18,876 nucleotides of DNA, from NCBI GenBank assembly GCA_032128375.1, contig JAQBGU010000141.1, positions 1 through 18,876 on the forward strand. The letters are read 5' to 3'. This document shows positions 8,482 through 18,876 of the stretch, in pieces (positions within the stretch are counted from its first letter, which is position 1; every line of letters begins with the position of its first letter). This DNA comes from Deltaproteobacteria bacterium. Lineage in GTDB: Bacteria > Myxococcota_A > UBA9160 > SMWR01. Position numbers and translations under genes: made by a program. The notes below the pieces were generated by a model. That model was not told where the DNA came from and searched no databases. It saw nothing but the letters and a program-made list of their open reading frames with translations.

Positions 8482-10380
8482 TCAGGGAAGGGGCTCGATC
8501 AGCTCGTGGAGCGCGAGCCCGGCTCGGGCGCGCGCGAGCCGGGCGGCTGCGGCGGGATCGTCCATATACAGCGGCAGCAGGGCGAGCGGCTTCAGGATCT
8601 CGCGCCGCTGCAGCTCCTCGATCAGCGGCGCGTGGCTGGTCGCCACCTTGCCTACGAACAACGTCTCCAGCTTCCCGCCCTCCCGCACGAATTCGAGGAT
8701 CGCGCGCAGGCCGCGCAGGTACACAGCGTCCTTCACGAAGCCACCGCCGCGATGCACGCGCATCGTGTTCGTAAACGCCGCGCGGGGGCTGAAGCCCCAC
8801 CGCTCGCGCAGTTCGTGGAAGGTCTCGACGAAGCCGTCGCCGGCCACGACCGATCGCGCCGCGACCACGCGGCCGGCGAGGGTCCGCAGCCGGCCGGCAG
8901 TCAGGCCCCCCACGAGATACTCGGCGAACACCGCGAGGCCCTCTTGCAGTTCGTCGTAGCCGGCAAGGCCGGCCGACAACATCGAGAGCGGCTGTGCGCT
9001 GCCGTTCCAGTCGGTGACGACGTGCGTGCCGAGTTCATGGTGGAGCAGTGCATCGACCCGGTTCCCCGCAAACGTCATCGAACTCCCGATGAGCAGGTTG
9101 CCACTCGAAACGGTGAGGCTGGACACGTCGTCGCTCAACAGGATTCGGCTCGCGATGTCCGGTGCGCGACTTCGCAGAGTCTCGAGCATTTTTTCGGCGC
9201 GCCGCAGGAACTCGTCCGCATCGACCTCGTCGCGCCGCTGCGTTGGGGTCGCAGCCGGAACGCGCTCGAGCAGGCTCTCCGCTTCCTCGACGAGTTCCGG
9301 GTCAACGGTTCCGAACAACGCAATCCCGGTCGGCAGAAAGCGACGCGTCAGACGCTCCTCGACGAGCGTGAGCTTCAGATCGAGCTCGCGACGCTTCTCC
9401 TCGAACAGGAACGCGAGGGTCGGATCGGCGACGCGCTCGACTGGAATCGCGTACAGCTCGCGCTTGAGCAGGGGTGGGTCGATGGTGCGAGCGCGGTAGA
9501 GGAAGTTGGGAGCCCGCGCAAAGCCCCCGCGCGAAAACTCCTGGAACGCGTCGCCCGCGCGGGTGGGTGTCACGACGAGCAGCAGGTCGAAGCGTCGCGA
9601 GACCTCCGTGATGCGCCGATCCACGTCCCACACGAGACGCGTGAACGCTCGGCGCGCCAATGCGTCTCGGTGGCCGGTACGCAGCGTAGTCTCGCGACGC
9701 GAGAACTCGAATGCCGCGCGACGCAATGCCCGGCCGAGTTGGCGGCGCAGGTTTCGCCGCGCCATCGGATAAACGGCACCGTCAGCGTCACGGAACGCCG
9801 GGCGCACCTCCAGGCCGAGCGTGCGCACACCGATGCCTGGCGAACGGGAGGCGCCGAACAGGGGGTCGAGGCCCGGCGCTGTGATTGTGTCTGCGCCGGT
9901 GACCGACACCTGCGCCTTGCGACCGAACAGTACGATCTGCCGAAGCGAGCGGGCGAAGGCCGCAACCGTCGAACTGCTCGCGAGGTCTGGCGGCGTCAGG
10001 ATCCGGAAACCCGACGAGCCCGGTGCATCCGGCGTCGCAGCCGGGTCGGGCGGGCCCGACCAGACCTCGATGACGAGAATACCGCCGAAGCGCGCGCGCG
10101 CACTCTCCGCGATGCCTGTAACGAGAGCCTCGACCGCCGCGGAGGAACCGCGGTCGGCGGGCGCGACCAGGTACGAAGCCTCTCCCTGGATCAGCGAAGA
10201 AGTTCCCGGGTCAGCGCCGTTGGCGGGGGGGCGGTAGACGAACAGGAACGGCAGCGGGCGCTCGATCACGATGCGGCCGGCCGACTGGAACTGTCGGCGG
10301 ATCGCACGCCCAGCGTCGAAACGCTCGCAAAGTGAATGCGCGAGATCGACATCGAGAGAGCGGGGCGGGCGAGCGGTCAT
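8482..10380 (-). CDS. QEGLA-motif (DUF1704 / MATCAP-like) zinc metallopeptidase, long form
   Basis: HHELGTH (HExxxH) plus YDELQEGLAVFAEY; RVHRGGGFVKDAVYLRGL. Confidence 0.9.
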   Translation of the reverse strand: MTARPPRSLDVDLAHSLCERFDAGRAIRRQFQSAGRIVIERPLPFLFVYRPPANGADPGTSSLIQGEASYLVAPADRGSSAAVEALVTGIAESARARFGGILVIEVWSGPPDPAATPDAPGSSGFRILTPPDLASSSTVAAFARSLRQIVLFGRKAQVSVTGADTITAPGLDPLFGASRSPGIGVRTLGLEVRPAFRDADGAVYPMARRNLRRQLGRALRRAAFEFSRRETTLRTGHRDALARRAFTRLVWDVDRRITEVSRRFDLLLVVTPTRAGDAFQEFSRGGFARAPNFLYRARTIDPPLLKRELYAIPVERVADPTLAFLFEEKRRELDLKLTLVEERLTRRFLPTGIALFGTVDPELVEEAESLLERVPAATPTQRRDEVDADEFLRRAEKMLETLRSRAPDIASRILLSDDVSSLTVSSGNLLIGSSMTFAGNRVDALLHHELGTHVVTDWNGSAQPLSMLSAGLAGYDELQEGLAVFAEYLVGGLTAGRLRTLAGRVVAARSVVAGDGFVETFHELRERWGFSPRAAFTNTMRVHRGGGFVKDAVYLRGLRAILEFVREGGKLETLFVGKVATSHAPLIEELQRREILKPLALLPLYMDDPAAAARLARARAGLALHELIEPLP

Positions 10381-10614
10381 GGACGTGAACGAAAAGCTGG
10401 GTCATCTCGCTGCTGCATGCGAGATCATTCTGCCAACTCTCCTGGCCCGCGTCCACATTGGCACCCGCCCGCGGCTGCCAGCGTCACATCGCCAGCATTC
10501 GAACAGACCGAGCTGACGAAGGCGCCGAGGGAGTTCCGGCTCAGCAATGCGGAGCCACTACGCCCGACGTCCGTTTTGGGGGCGGGACGGCTGCTCGAGT
10601 CGTGTCTTCAGCGC

Positions 10615-13347
<2,733 letters not shown>

Positions 13348-13543
13348 CGGATCACCTCGATCGGGTCTGGACCAGCTTTCGCTGAAGCATCGCATATGCG
13401 AGCCCCGCTGACCCGTTGCGGGGGGTACCCCGCGCCGGCTGGATCATCCCACCGGAGCGGGGGCGCGCTGCCGGGACGCGAGCCGATGTGGGGGTGCGCG
13501 ACGCGCGGGAGCAGATCGCACTTCGATCATCCGCGGGATACAC

Positions 13544-13569
13544 GAATCGGGTGCGGCGCTTCCGAACGG
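13544..13569 (+). promoter_or_regulatory. Putative upstream activator sequence for a sigma-54 enhancer-binding protein (copy 1)
   Basis: GAATCGG-gtgcggcgc-TTCCGAACGG (dyad TCGG-N11-CCGA), starting 89 bp before TTGGCACG; same motif and spacing at copy 2. Confidence 0.7.
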
Positions 13570-13632
13570 CAGCGCTTGTTGGGGTTGCGGTCTGGCAACT
13601 GGCCCCCGGAGGTCGCATTGGCGGCCTTTAAC

Positions 13633-13649
13633 TTGGCACGCCCTTTGCG
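13633..13649 (+). promoter_or_regulatory. Sigma-54 (RpoN) -24/-12 promoter
   Basis: TTGGCACGCCCTTTGCG = TGGCAC-N5-TTGC; intergenic; predicted +1 near 13660. Confidence 0.85.
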
Positions 13650-13650
13650 T

Positions 13651-13758
13651 TAGGTTATTGCGATAGGTTATTGCCGATAGGTTATTGCCGATGGGTTATT
13701 GCCGATAGGTTATTGCCGATAGGTTGTTGCTGATGGGTTGTTGCCGTTAGGTGATTGC
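13651..13758 (+). repeat. Tandem array, about 8 x 14 bp, consensus TAGGTTATTGCCGA
   Basis: Units start at 13651 (13 bp), 13664, 13678, 13692, 13706, 13720, 13734 and 13748 (degenerate). Confidence 0.97.
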
Positions 13759-13836
13759 GCGGTTCGCTTCGCGCGCCAGCTACTGGAAACAAAGTGCCGT
13801 AACACCAAACCGGACTGAAGCGAGCGGGGGGACACA

Positions 13837-15138
13837 ATGGCCCAGGTCGCACTCGAGTCGGTGTTCCGCTCCTACGCGAGCGAGCACCCGGCCGACGCTG
13901 CGCGTGCGCTCGAGGCGTTGTCGCCGAAAGCCGCGGCGCCGCTCGTGCAGGGTCTGCCGCCGCGGCTCGTCGGCCCGGTCCTGGAAAGGCTGAACCCGGA
14001 CGCCGCCGCGGCGCTACTCGCGAACCTCGGACCGGCCGTCACCCAGGAGCTGCTCGCCCCGATGGAGTCGCGGCATGCCGCAGCGATCCTTCATCATCTC
14101 GAAGACGCGGTGCGCGAAGCAACGCTGTCTGGTCTCGGCCCAGAGGTCGCGAAGCGCTTCCGCGCTTTGCTCCAATATCCGCCGGACACAGCCGGCGGAA
14201 TGATGAAGACCCGCATCACGTCTCTGCGAATCGATGTCTCCGCCTCGCAGGCCATCGCAATGCTCCGCCGTGCGCCCCGGACGACTCTCTTCTATCTATA
14301 CGTCACCGACCGGGAAGGAAAGCTCGCCGGAGTTCTCAACGTCCGAGAGCTCCTGCTCGCGTCTCCCCGTGATCCGATCGAGCCGCTGGTCCGCCGCGAC
14401 ATAATCACGGTTGAGGCCACGCTGCCCCGCGACGATCTCGCTGACCTCGTGCGCGAGCGACACCTCATTGCGATTCCCGTCGTCGATTCCGAGGGTTACT
14501 TGCTCGGCGTCGTGAAGTCGGACGAGATCATGGACGCGATCGAGCAGGAAGCCTTCGGTGATATCCAGAAAATGGTCGGTGCAGGCGAAGACGAACGAGC
14601 TTTGTCCCCTGTGTCGGTCGTCGTTCGCAACCGGCTTCCGTGGTTATACGTGAACCTCGCAACCGCGTTTCTCGCCGCCGGGGTGGTGGCGCTGTTCGAG
14701 GACACGATCGCAAAAGTGACGGCGCTCGCGATTCTGCTGCCTGTGGTAGCGGGCCAAGGTGGGAACACGGGTGCGCAGTCGCTTGCGGTCGTGATGCGGG
14801 GCATGGCGCTTCGCGAGCTGATGCCCGGATCGACACGCCGCCTGTTGATCAAGGAGGGCTTCGGCGCGCTCATCAATGGCATCTCGGTTGCCGTGGGCAC
14901 GGGGCTCGCCGTCTTTTTCTGGGACGGTCGCTGGGGGCTCGTCGTAATCATCGGGCTGGCCATGGTGGTAAACATGACAACGGCGGGTCTCGCCGGGGCG
15001 GTGATCCCGCTCGCGCTTCGGGCGATGGGACGTGATCCCGCGCAGGCTTCGTCGATTTTTCTCACGACCGTGACCGATGTCGTGGGCTTTGCATCGTTTC
15101 TCGGCTTCGCGGCCTGGCTCATGCCGACTCTTGGTTGA
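13837..15138 (+). CDS. mgtE: Magnesium transporter MgtE
   Basis: Helical N-domain, CBS pair (YPPDTAGGMM, LYVTDREGKLAGV), TM domain with RLPWL, GGNTGAQS and TTVTDVVG. Confidence 0.94.
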   Translation: MAQVALESVFRSYASEHPADAARALEALSPKAAAPLVQGLPPRLVGPVLERLNPDAAAALLANLGPAVTQELLAPMESRHAAAILHHLEDAVREATLSGLGPEVAKRFRALLQYPPDTAGGMMKTRITSLRIDVSASQAIAMLRRAPRTTLFYLYVTDREGKLAGVLNVRELLLASPRDPIEPLVRRDIITVEATLPRDDLADLVRERHLIAIPVVDSEGYLLGVVKSDEIMDAIEQEAFGDIQKMVGAGEDERALSPVSVVVRNRLPWLYVNLATAFLAAGVVALFEDTIAKVTALAILLPVVAGQGGNTGAQSLAVVMRGMALRELMPGSTRRLLIKEGFGALINGISVAVGTGLAVFFWDGRWGLVVIIGLAMVVNMTTAGLAGAVIPLALRAMGRDPAQASSIFLTTVTDVVGFASFLGFAAWLMPTLG

Positions 15139-15203
15139 GGATGTACGGGTACGAACGACCTCGACGGGTGTGCGGTGATACGCAGGGACGGGGGCCGGGC
15201 CGA

Positions 15204-15244
15204 GTCGGTGATCGTGGAACGCGCCCAACTTCCGATCAGCCGAC
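15204..15244. other. Imperfect intergenic hairpin between mgtE and the amidase
   Basis: GTCGG-TGATC-gt-GGAA ... TTCC-GATCA-g-CCGAC; no U-tract. Confidence 0.5.
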
Positions 15245-15347
15245 CGCCTGAACCCACGGGCCCGATCGTCCAGGATTTTGACGGCGGCCGCTGCGGTTTG
15301 CGCAGATCGGATAGGCTCAAAGCCGACCTCGCAGACGGGGAGCGTAC

Positions 15348-16778
15348 GTGAACGTCAGCAACGAACAGCTATCGCACATGGACGCTACGGCCCAGGCCGA
15401 CGTCGTCCAGCGCGGCGATGCGACCGCGGCTGAACTCGTCGGCGCGGCCTGTGAGCGCATCGAACACCTCGATCATGACCTCGGTGCCGTAGCGGTCTTC
15501 AATGGTTTGGAGGCCCGTGCCATCACGGGCACGGTGGAGCTGACAAGTCCGTTCTACGGGGTTCCCTTTTTGATGAAGGATGTCGGTGCGCGCCAGATCG
15601 GCCGGCCCTACTACGCTGGCAACCGCGCGCTTCGCGATGCGGATTATCGGGCAGAAGCCGACACGCTGCTCGGCAAACGTTTTCGAGAACTGGGCCTGGT
15701 CACCATCGGCAACTCGAACTCCCCCGAGTTCGGACTTCAGTCGAACACCTGGCCGCTCATCCATGGTCCGACTCACAATCCCTGGGACCTCTCTCGCTCA
15801 GCCGGCGGATCATCGGGGGGCGCATGTGCGGCCGTCGCGGCTGGCCTGGTCCCGGTAGCCCATGCAAGCGACGGTGCCGGCTCGATCCGAATTCCCGCGT
15901 CGTGGTGTGGGCTGATCGGACTGAAACCGTCACGTGACCGCGTCCATTGGCGATACTCGGGGCACAACCGATCCGATGTCGAGTTCGTTGTGGCGCGATC
16001 GCTGCGCGACACTGCGCGATTTCTGGATCTTCTACGTCCGCCAGCGGCCCGTCGCAGATCCCCCGGCCGCAATGTCGCATCACTCGGGGAATCACCGCCC
16101 CCCATGCGGGTCGGGTTCTGGACCCGTTCGCCCGCCGGCGGGCGAGTCCATCCCGCTTGCATCCAGTCCGTCGAGGAAACAGCCGAAGCGCTTCGGGCCG
16201 CGGGTCACCGCGTCGAGCCGGCTGCGCCTTCAACCTTCCTCGACTACGGGCAGCGAGCGCTGCACGGCGCCGCCCTGGGCTTTCGCGAATACCTCAGCTG
16301 CCTCGACGATCTCGAGATTCGTCTCGGTCGATCCGTCGGCCCAGAGGATGTTGAACCTTTTCTCTGGGAACTCGCCCATCTCGGCGGCGACGAGCGGTCA
16401 CCCGCCGACATCGAGAGCGCAATGAATTGGATTTCGGAATGGAAGCGGCGCACGCTCGATTGGTTCAAAAACTTCGACCTGCTCGTTACGCCGACCGTGT
16501 GTGAGCCCGCGCCGCTGCTCGAGTTTCTCGACCCCGCAGTCCACACACCACTCGAACTGCTGGAGAAGATGGTGCCGCACATGGCGTTCACCGAGATCTG
16601 GAATGCCACGGGGCAACCAGCGGTCTCCCTCCCCCTCGGCTGGGACAAAGGGGATGGCTTGCCCGTCGGAGTACAGCTCATTGCTGCCCCGGGTCGAGAC
16701 GACGTTCTCATGTCATTGGCCGCGGGGCTGCTTCCGAGTCTCGACTCACTGCCGCATCGACCGCCGATTCATGCATGA
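15348..16778 (+). CDS. Amidase signature family protein
   Basis: GVPFLMKD, AGGSSGG and SDGAGSIRIPASWCG (Lys-Ser-Ser triad motifs). Confidence 0.93.
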   Translation: MNVSNEQLSHMDATAQADVVQRGDATAAELVGAACERIEHLDHDLGAVAVFNGLEARAITGTVELTSPFYGVPFLMKDVGARQIGRPYYAGNRALRDADYRAEADTLLGKRFRELGLVTIGNSNSPEFGLQSNTWPLIHGPTHNPWDLSRSAGGSSGGACAAVAAGLVPVAHASDGAGSIRIPASWCGLIGLKPSRDRVHWRYSGHNRSDVEFVVARSLRDTARFLDLLRPPAARRRSPGRNVASLGESPPPMRVGFWTRSPAGGRVHPACIQSVEETAEALRAAGHRVEPAAPSTFLDYGQRALHGAALGFREYLSCLDDLEIRLGRSVGPEDVEPFLWELAHLGGDERSPADIESAMNWISEWKRRTLDWFKNFDLLVTPTVCEPAPLLEFLDPAVHTPLELLEKMVPHMAFTEIWNATGQPAVSLPLGWDKGDGLPVGVQLIAAPGRDDVLMSLAAGLLPSLDSLPHRPPIHA

Positions 16779-17979
16779 CGTCCACTGGAGGTCGAGATCG
16801 GAATCGATCGAAGTAGCGCGCAACGGCCTCCTCACCGGCAGGCGTTCTGAGCGCGCCGTTCCAATGATCGAGCCGAGCGGCCGGCGGGACGGACTCTGCG
16901 GGAGAAATCGAGGGAAAACAGCGAGCCAGTTCCCCGTAGTAGGCATCATCATGTGCCGCATACCAATATTCAAGAGTCTCCGGCTCGACTGAATGTTCGC
17001 CGGCTTCGCCAAAGGCCCAGAAAGAATTCCGGGTCTCGAGTCTCAAATCGCTTTCGAGTTTCGTCCAGGGCCGGTCGGCGCTCGTGAAGGCATCGGTCGC
17101 GCATTCTCCGTCACCGACATCGCGAAACACGATATCCGGGCGAGGATGTAGAGACGGGTTCAACCGGATCAAGAGGTTCTGCGGGTTGGGCGTCTCGAAC
17201 CACATCCCATAGCGCGCAAACAGGCGCGCCTTCGCCAATCCCGCCGGCATGGCATAATGCTGAGCCCAGAACGTGTCGAAGGAAGTGCCGGATTGACGCG
17301 CGATCTGGCGTCCCACGAACGGGAGTGAAAGCGCCGGCAACGAATAGTTGCCATCCTGAAAGAGCCGCAGATCCCTGACCAGGAATCCGCTTTCGCCGCC
17401 GCGCGCCAGCACGACGAGCACGTCCAAAATCAGTTGGACGCCGACAAGTGGGCCAAGAAGCGCATCGATTCGCGTCAGTTGCTTTACCCAGTCGACTGTT
17501 CCGATCGCCTCCTCACGGAGTTTCGTCTTCTCGGGCTGATAGAAATTCGGATGCGGATGGTCGGTCGCGAGCTTGAGAGAGAACAGCGCGTCACCGCTTT
17601 CTGCACCGTGCATCGCGAGTGTGCGGGAGGACGTAAAACGCGCCGACCAAGTCTGGTTCGCAGGTGTCGCAGACCAGGCGACGAGGCCGTCCCGATTGAG
17701 CGGATGGCGAGCACACAACACTTTGTCATCGAAAATAAAGCGATCTACGATCTCAGCTGGAGCGCCCGGTAGGACATACACTTCGAGTTCGTCACGGGGA
17801 ACCTCGCTCAGCTCCACTTCGACCGGCCGCGTATCGGTGCGGAAACCAATCAGGTTCGCCTGCTGCTCCCAGTCGAGCCATTGTTCTACGGGATCGGGAA
17901 GCAGGACGAGTTCAGTTTCTGAGTCGAAATTGCGAATCGCCGCGGAAGGCTCCACTCGCTTACCCCAGAGGCCCGGCAT
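16708..17979 (-). CDS. Hypothetical protein, divergent IucA/IucC (NIS synthetase)-like; start uncertain (ORF open to 18180)
   Basis: Ordered motifs RHPLN, FTSSRTL, LKLA, ETPNPQNLL and FRDVGD parallel NIS HPWQ, SxRT, KL, HxQN and RD. Confidence 0.6.
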   Translation of the reverse strand: MPGLWGKRVEPSAAIRNFDSETELVLLPDPVEQWLDWEQQANLIGFRTDTRPVEVELSEVPRDELEVYVLPGAPAEIVDRFIFDDKVLCARHPLNRDGLVAWSATPANQTWSARFTSSRTLAMHGAESGDALFSLKLATDHPHPNFYQPEKTKLREEAIGTVDWVKQLTRIDALLGPLVGVQLILDVLVVLARGGESGFLVRDLRLFQDGNYSLPALSLPFVGRQIARQSGTSFDTFWAQHYAMPAGLAKARLFARYGMWFETPNPQNLLIRLNPSLHPRPDIVFRDVGDGECATDAFTSADRPWTKLESDLRLETRNSFWAFGEAGEHSVEPETLEYWYAAHDDAYYGELARCFPSISPAESVPPAARLDHWNGALRTPAGEEAVARYFDRFRSRPPVDVMHESAVDAAVSRDSEAAPRPMT

Positions 17980-18464
17980 CGGTTGAAGGCCGTTGGGTGT
18001 CGCCTTTGTGTCGCCGCCGGCGTCTGGGCGTGAGGGCGTCCAGCCAATCGTTCGCGGAAATCTCGTCTTCCTGCCAGATGTAGAATAGGGGACCACGAGC
18101 CGTCCAACCCTGCTGATTGGCACGGTGCGTGGCGCGACGTTTTTGTTGTGTGAACGCGGGTTTGACCGGCTGCGGGACAAGCAGGCTCGAAGCGTCGCTG
18201 CAACCCGTTCGTGAACGCCGTCGCTTCACGATTCGATCCCCCACAGCAAATTCTCGAGTCGGAACCTTGCGGATGCGAGGTCTCCAGCCCAGCGACGCAG
18301 GCGCCTGCCGGCCTTGCGCACGCCCTGGGCCGGGCTTTTGATCATGTTTCGGAGTTCGTCCGAAGGGTCTTCCTTCGCCTTCAGAAAGTCTGAGTCATGG
18401 TTCATTTGTTGTGTTCTCGTCAGGTCGTTCGAATCAAGTTGTCACCGGAGGTGCGAACCAGGCG

Positions 18465-18610
18465 CCTAATGCCTTCTAACCTAATACCTTCCAACTCCAA
18501 TACCTTCCAACCTAATACCTTTCAACCTAATACCTTTCAACCTAATACCTTTCAACCTATTACCTTCCAACCTAATACCTTCCAACCTAATGCGTTCTGA
18601 CCTAATACCT
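18465..18610 (-). repeat. Tandem array, about 10 x 15 bp, consensus CCTAATACCTTYCAA (minus strand TAGGTTGRAAGGTAT)
   Basis: Units start at 18465, 18480, 18495 (16 bp), 18511, 18526, 18541, 18556, 18571, 18586 and 18601 (partial). Confidence 0.97.
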
Positions 18611-18616
18611 GGTAAG

Positions 18617-18633
18617 AGCAACTTGCGTGCCAA
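18617..18633 (-). promoter_or_regulatory. Sigma-54 (RpoN) -24/-12 promoter
   Basis: Reverse complement TTGGCACGCAAGTTGCT = TGGCAC-N5-TTGCT; predicted +1 near 18606. Confidence 0.88.
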
Positions 18634-18696
18634 TCGCAGGAGCGCTGCGAATGCGACCCGCGGCGATCTTTCAGGCTTTTTTTGGGAGGTGTTGCT

Positions 18697-18722
18697 CCGA
18701 TCGGAACCGGCGAGTCCGATTC
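18697..18722 (-). promoter_or_regulatory. Putative upstream activator sequence (copy 2)
   Basis: Reverse complement GAATCGG-actcgccgg-TTCCGATCGG, starting 89 bp before TTGGCACG. Confidence 0.7.
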
Positions 18723-18876
18723 CAAGGCTGCAGGCAAAGCGATCTTCGAGCTCCCTACTCGCCAAGGTGTCCGGATGTGAACGGTTATCGCTTCGGCCGC
18801 GGCAACGGCTCGACGAGCGGCGGAGGCCGACGACGAGGCGGCAGCGGCCGCGCAGGCTTCGGTTGGGTCCTCGGGA

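Noticed and set aside
13651..13758. CRISPR array interpretation of either tandem array
   Set aside because: Units are 14-15 bp, head-to-tail, with no unique spacers and no cas genes.
18118..18134. Third sigma-54-like site TTGGCACGGTGCGTGGC (and TTGGCACCC at about 10458)
   Set aside because: The -12 GC is not at the required spacing.
18397..18765. ORFs encoding PNTFQ, LEGIR or WKVLG repeats
   Set aside because: By-products of the 15-bp period: a 16-bp unit breaks the frame, terminal units carry stops, and the minus-strand ORFs start upstream of the sigma-54 promoter. The synonymous TTT/TTC variation in the PNTFQ frame means coding is not fully excluded.
18785..18876. Pro-rich C-terminus of a minus-strand gene entering from the right edge
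   Set aside because: Too short to support a call.

Overview
High-GC bacterial window in two parts. (1) About 1-7180 is a decayed genomic island next to the 3' end of a tRNA-Gly-like sequence. It holds a 5'-truncated tyrosine integrase with a mutated catalytic motif, a frameshifted hypothetical gene, ISAzo13 and IS256 remnants, a small dockerin/EF-hand-like gene, and an intact SNF2 helicase + SWIM Zn-finger pair. (2) About 7180-18876 looks like host backbone: a probable selenocysteine peroxiredoxin (in-frame TGA plus SECIS-like hairpin, split in the ORF track), a QEGLA-motif metallopeptidase, acnA, mgtE, an amidase and a divergent IucA/IucC-like protein. The most striking signal is non-coding. 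Two convergent cassettes (13544-13767 on +, 18453-18722 on -) share one architecture: a GAATCGG-N9-TTCCGAWCGG dyad starting exactly 89 bp upstream of a near-consensus sigma-54 promoter, a GGTCGCATTnGCnGC box, then a tandem array of about 8-10 short units (14 bp vs 15 bp) sharing TAGGTT, closed by GGTTCGC. This suggests co-regulated sigma-54-dependent repeat RNAs or leaders of a type I do not recognise. All calls come from manual reading; no searches were run.
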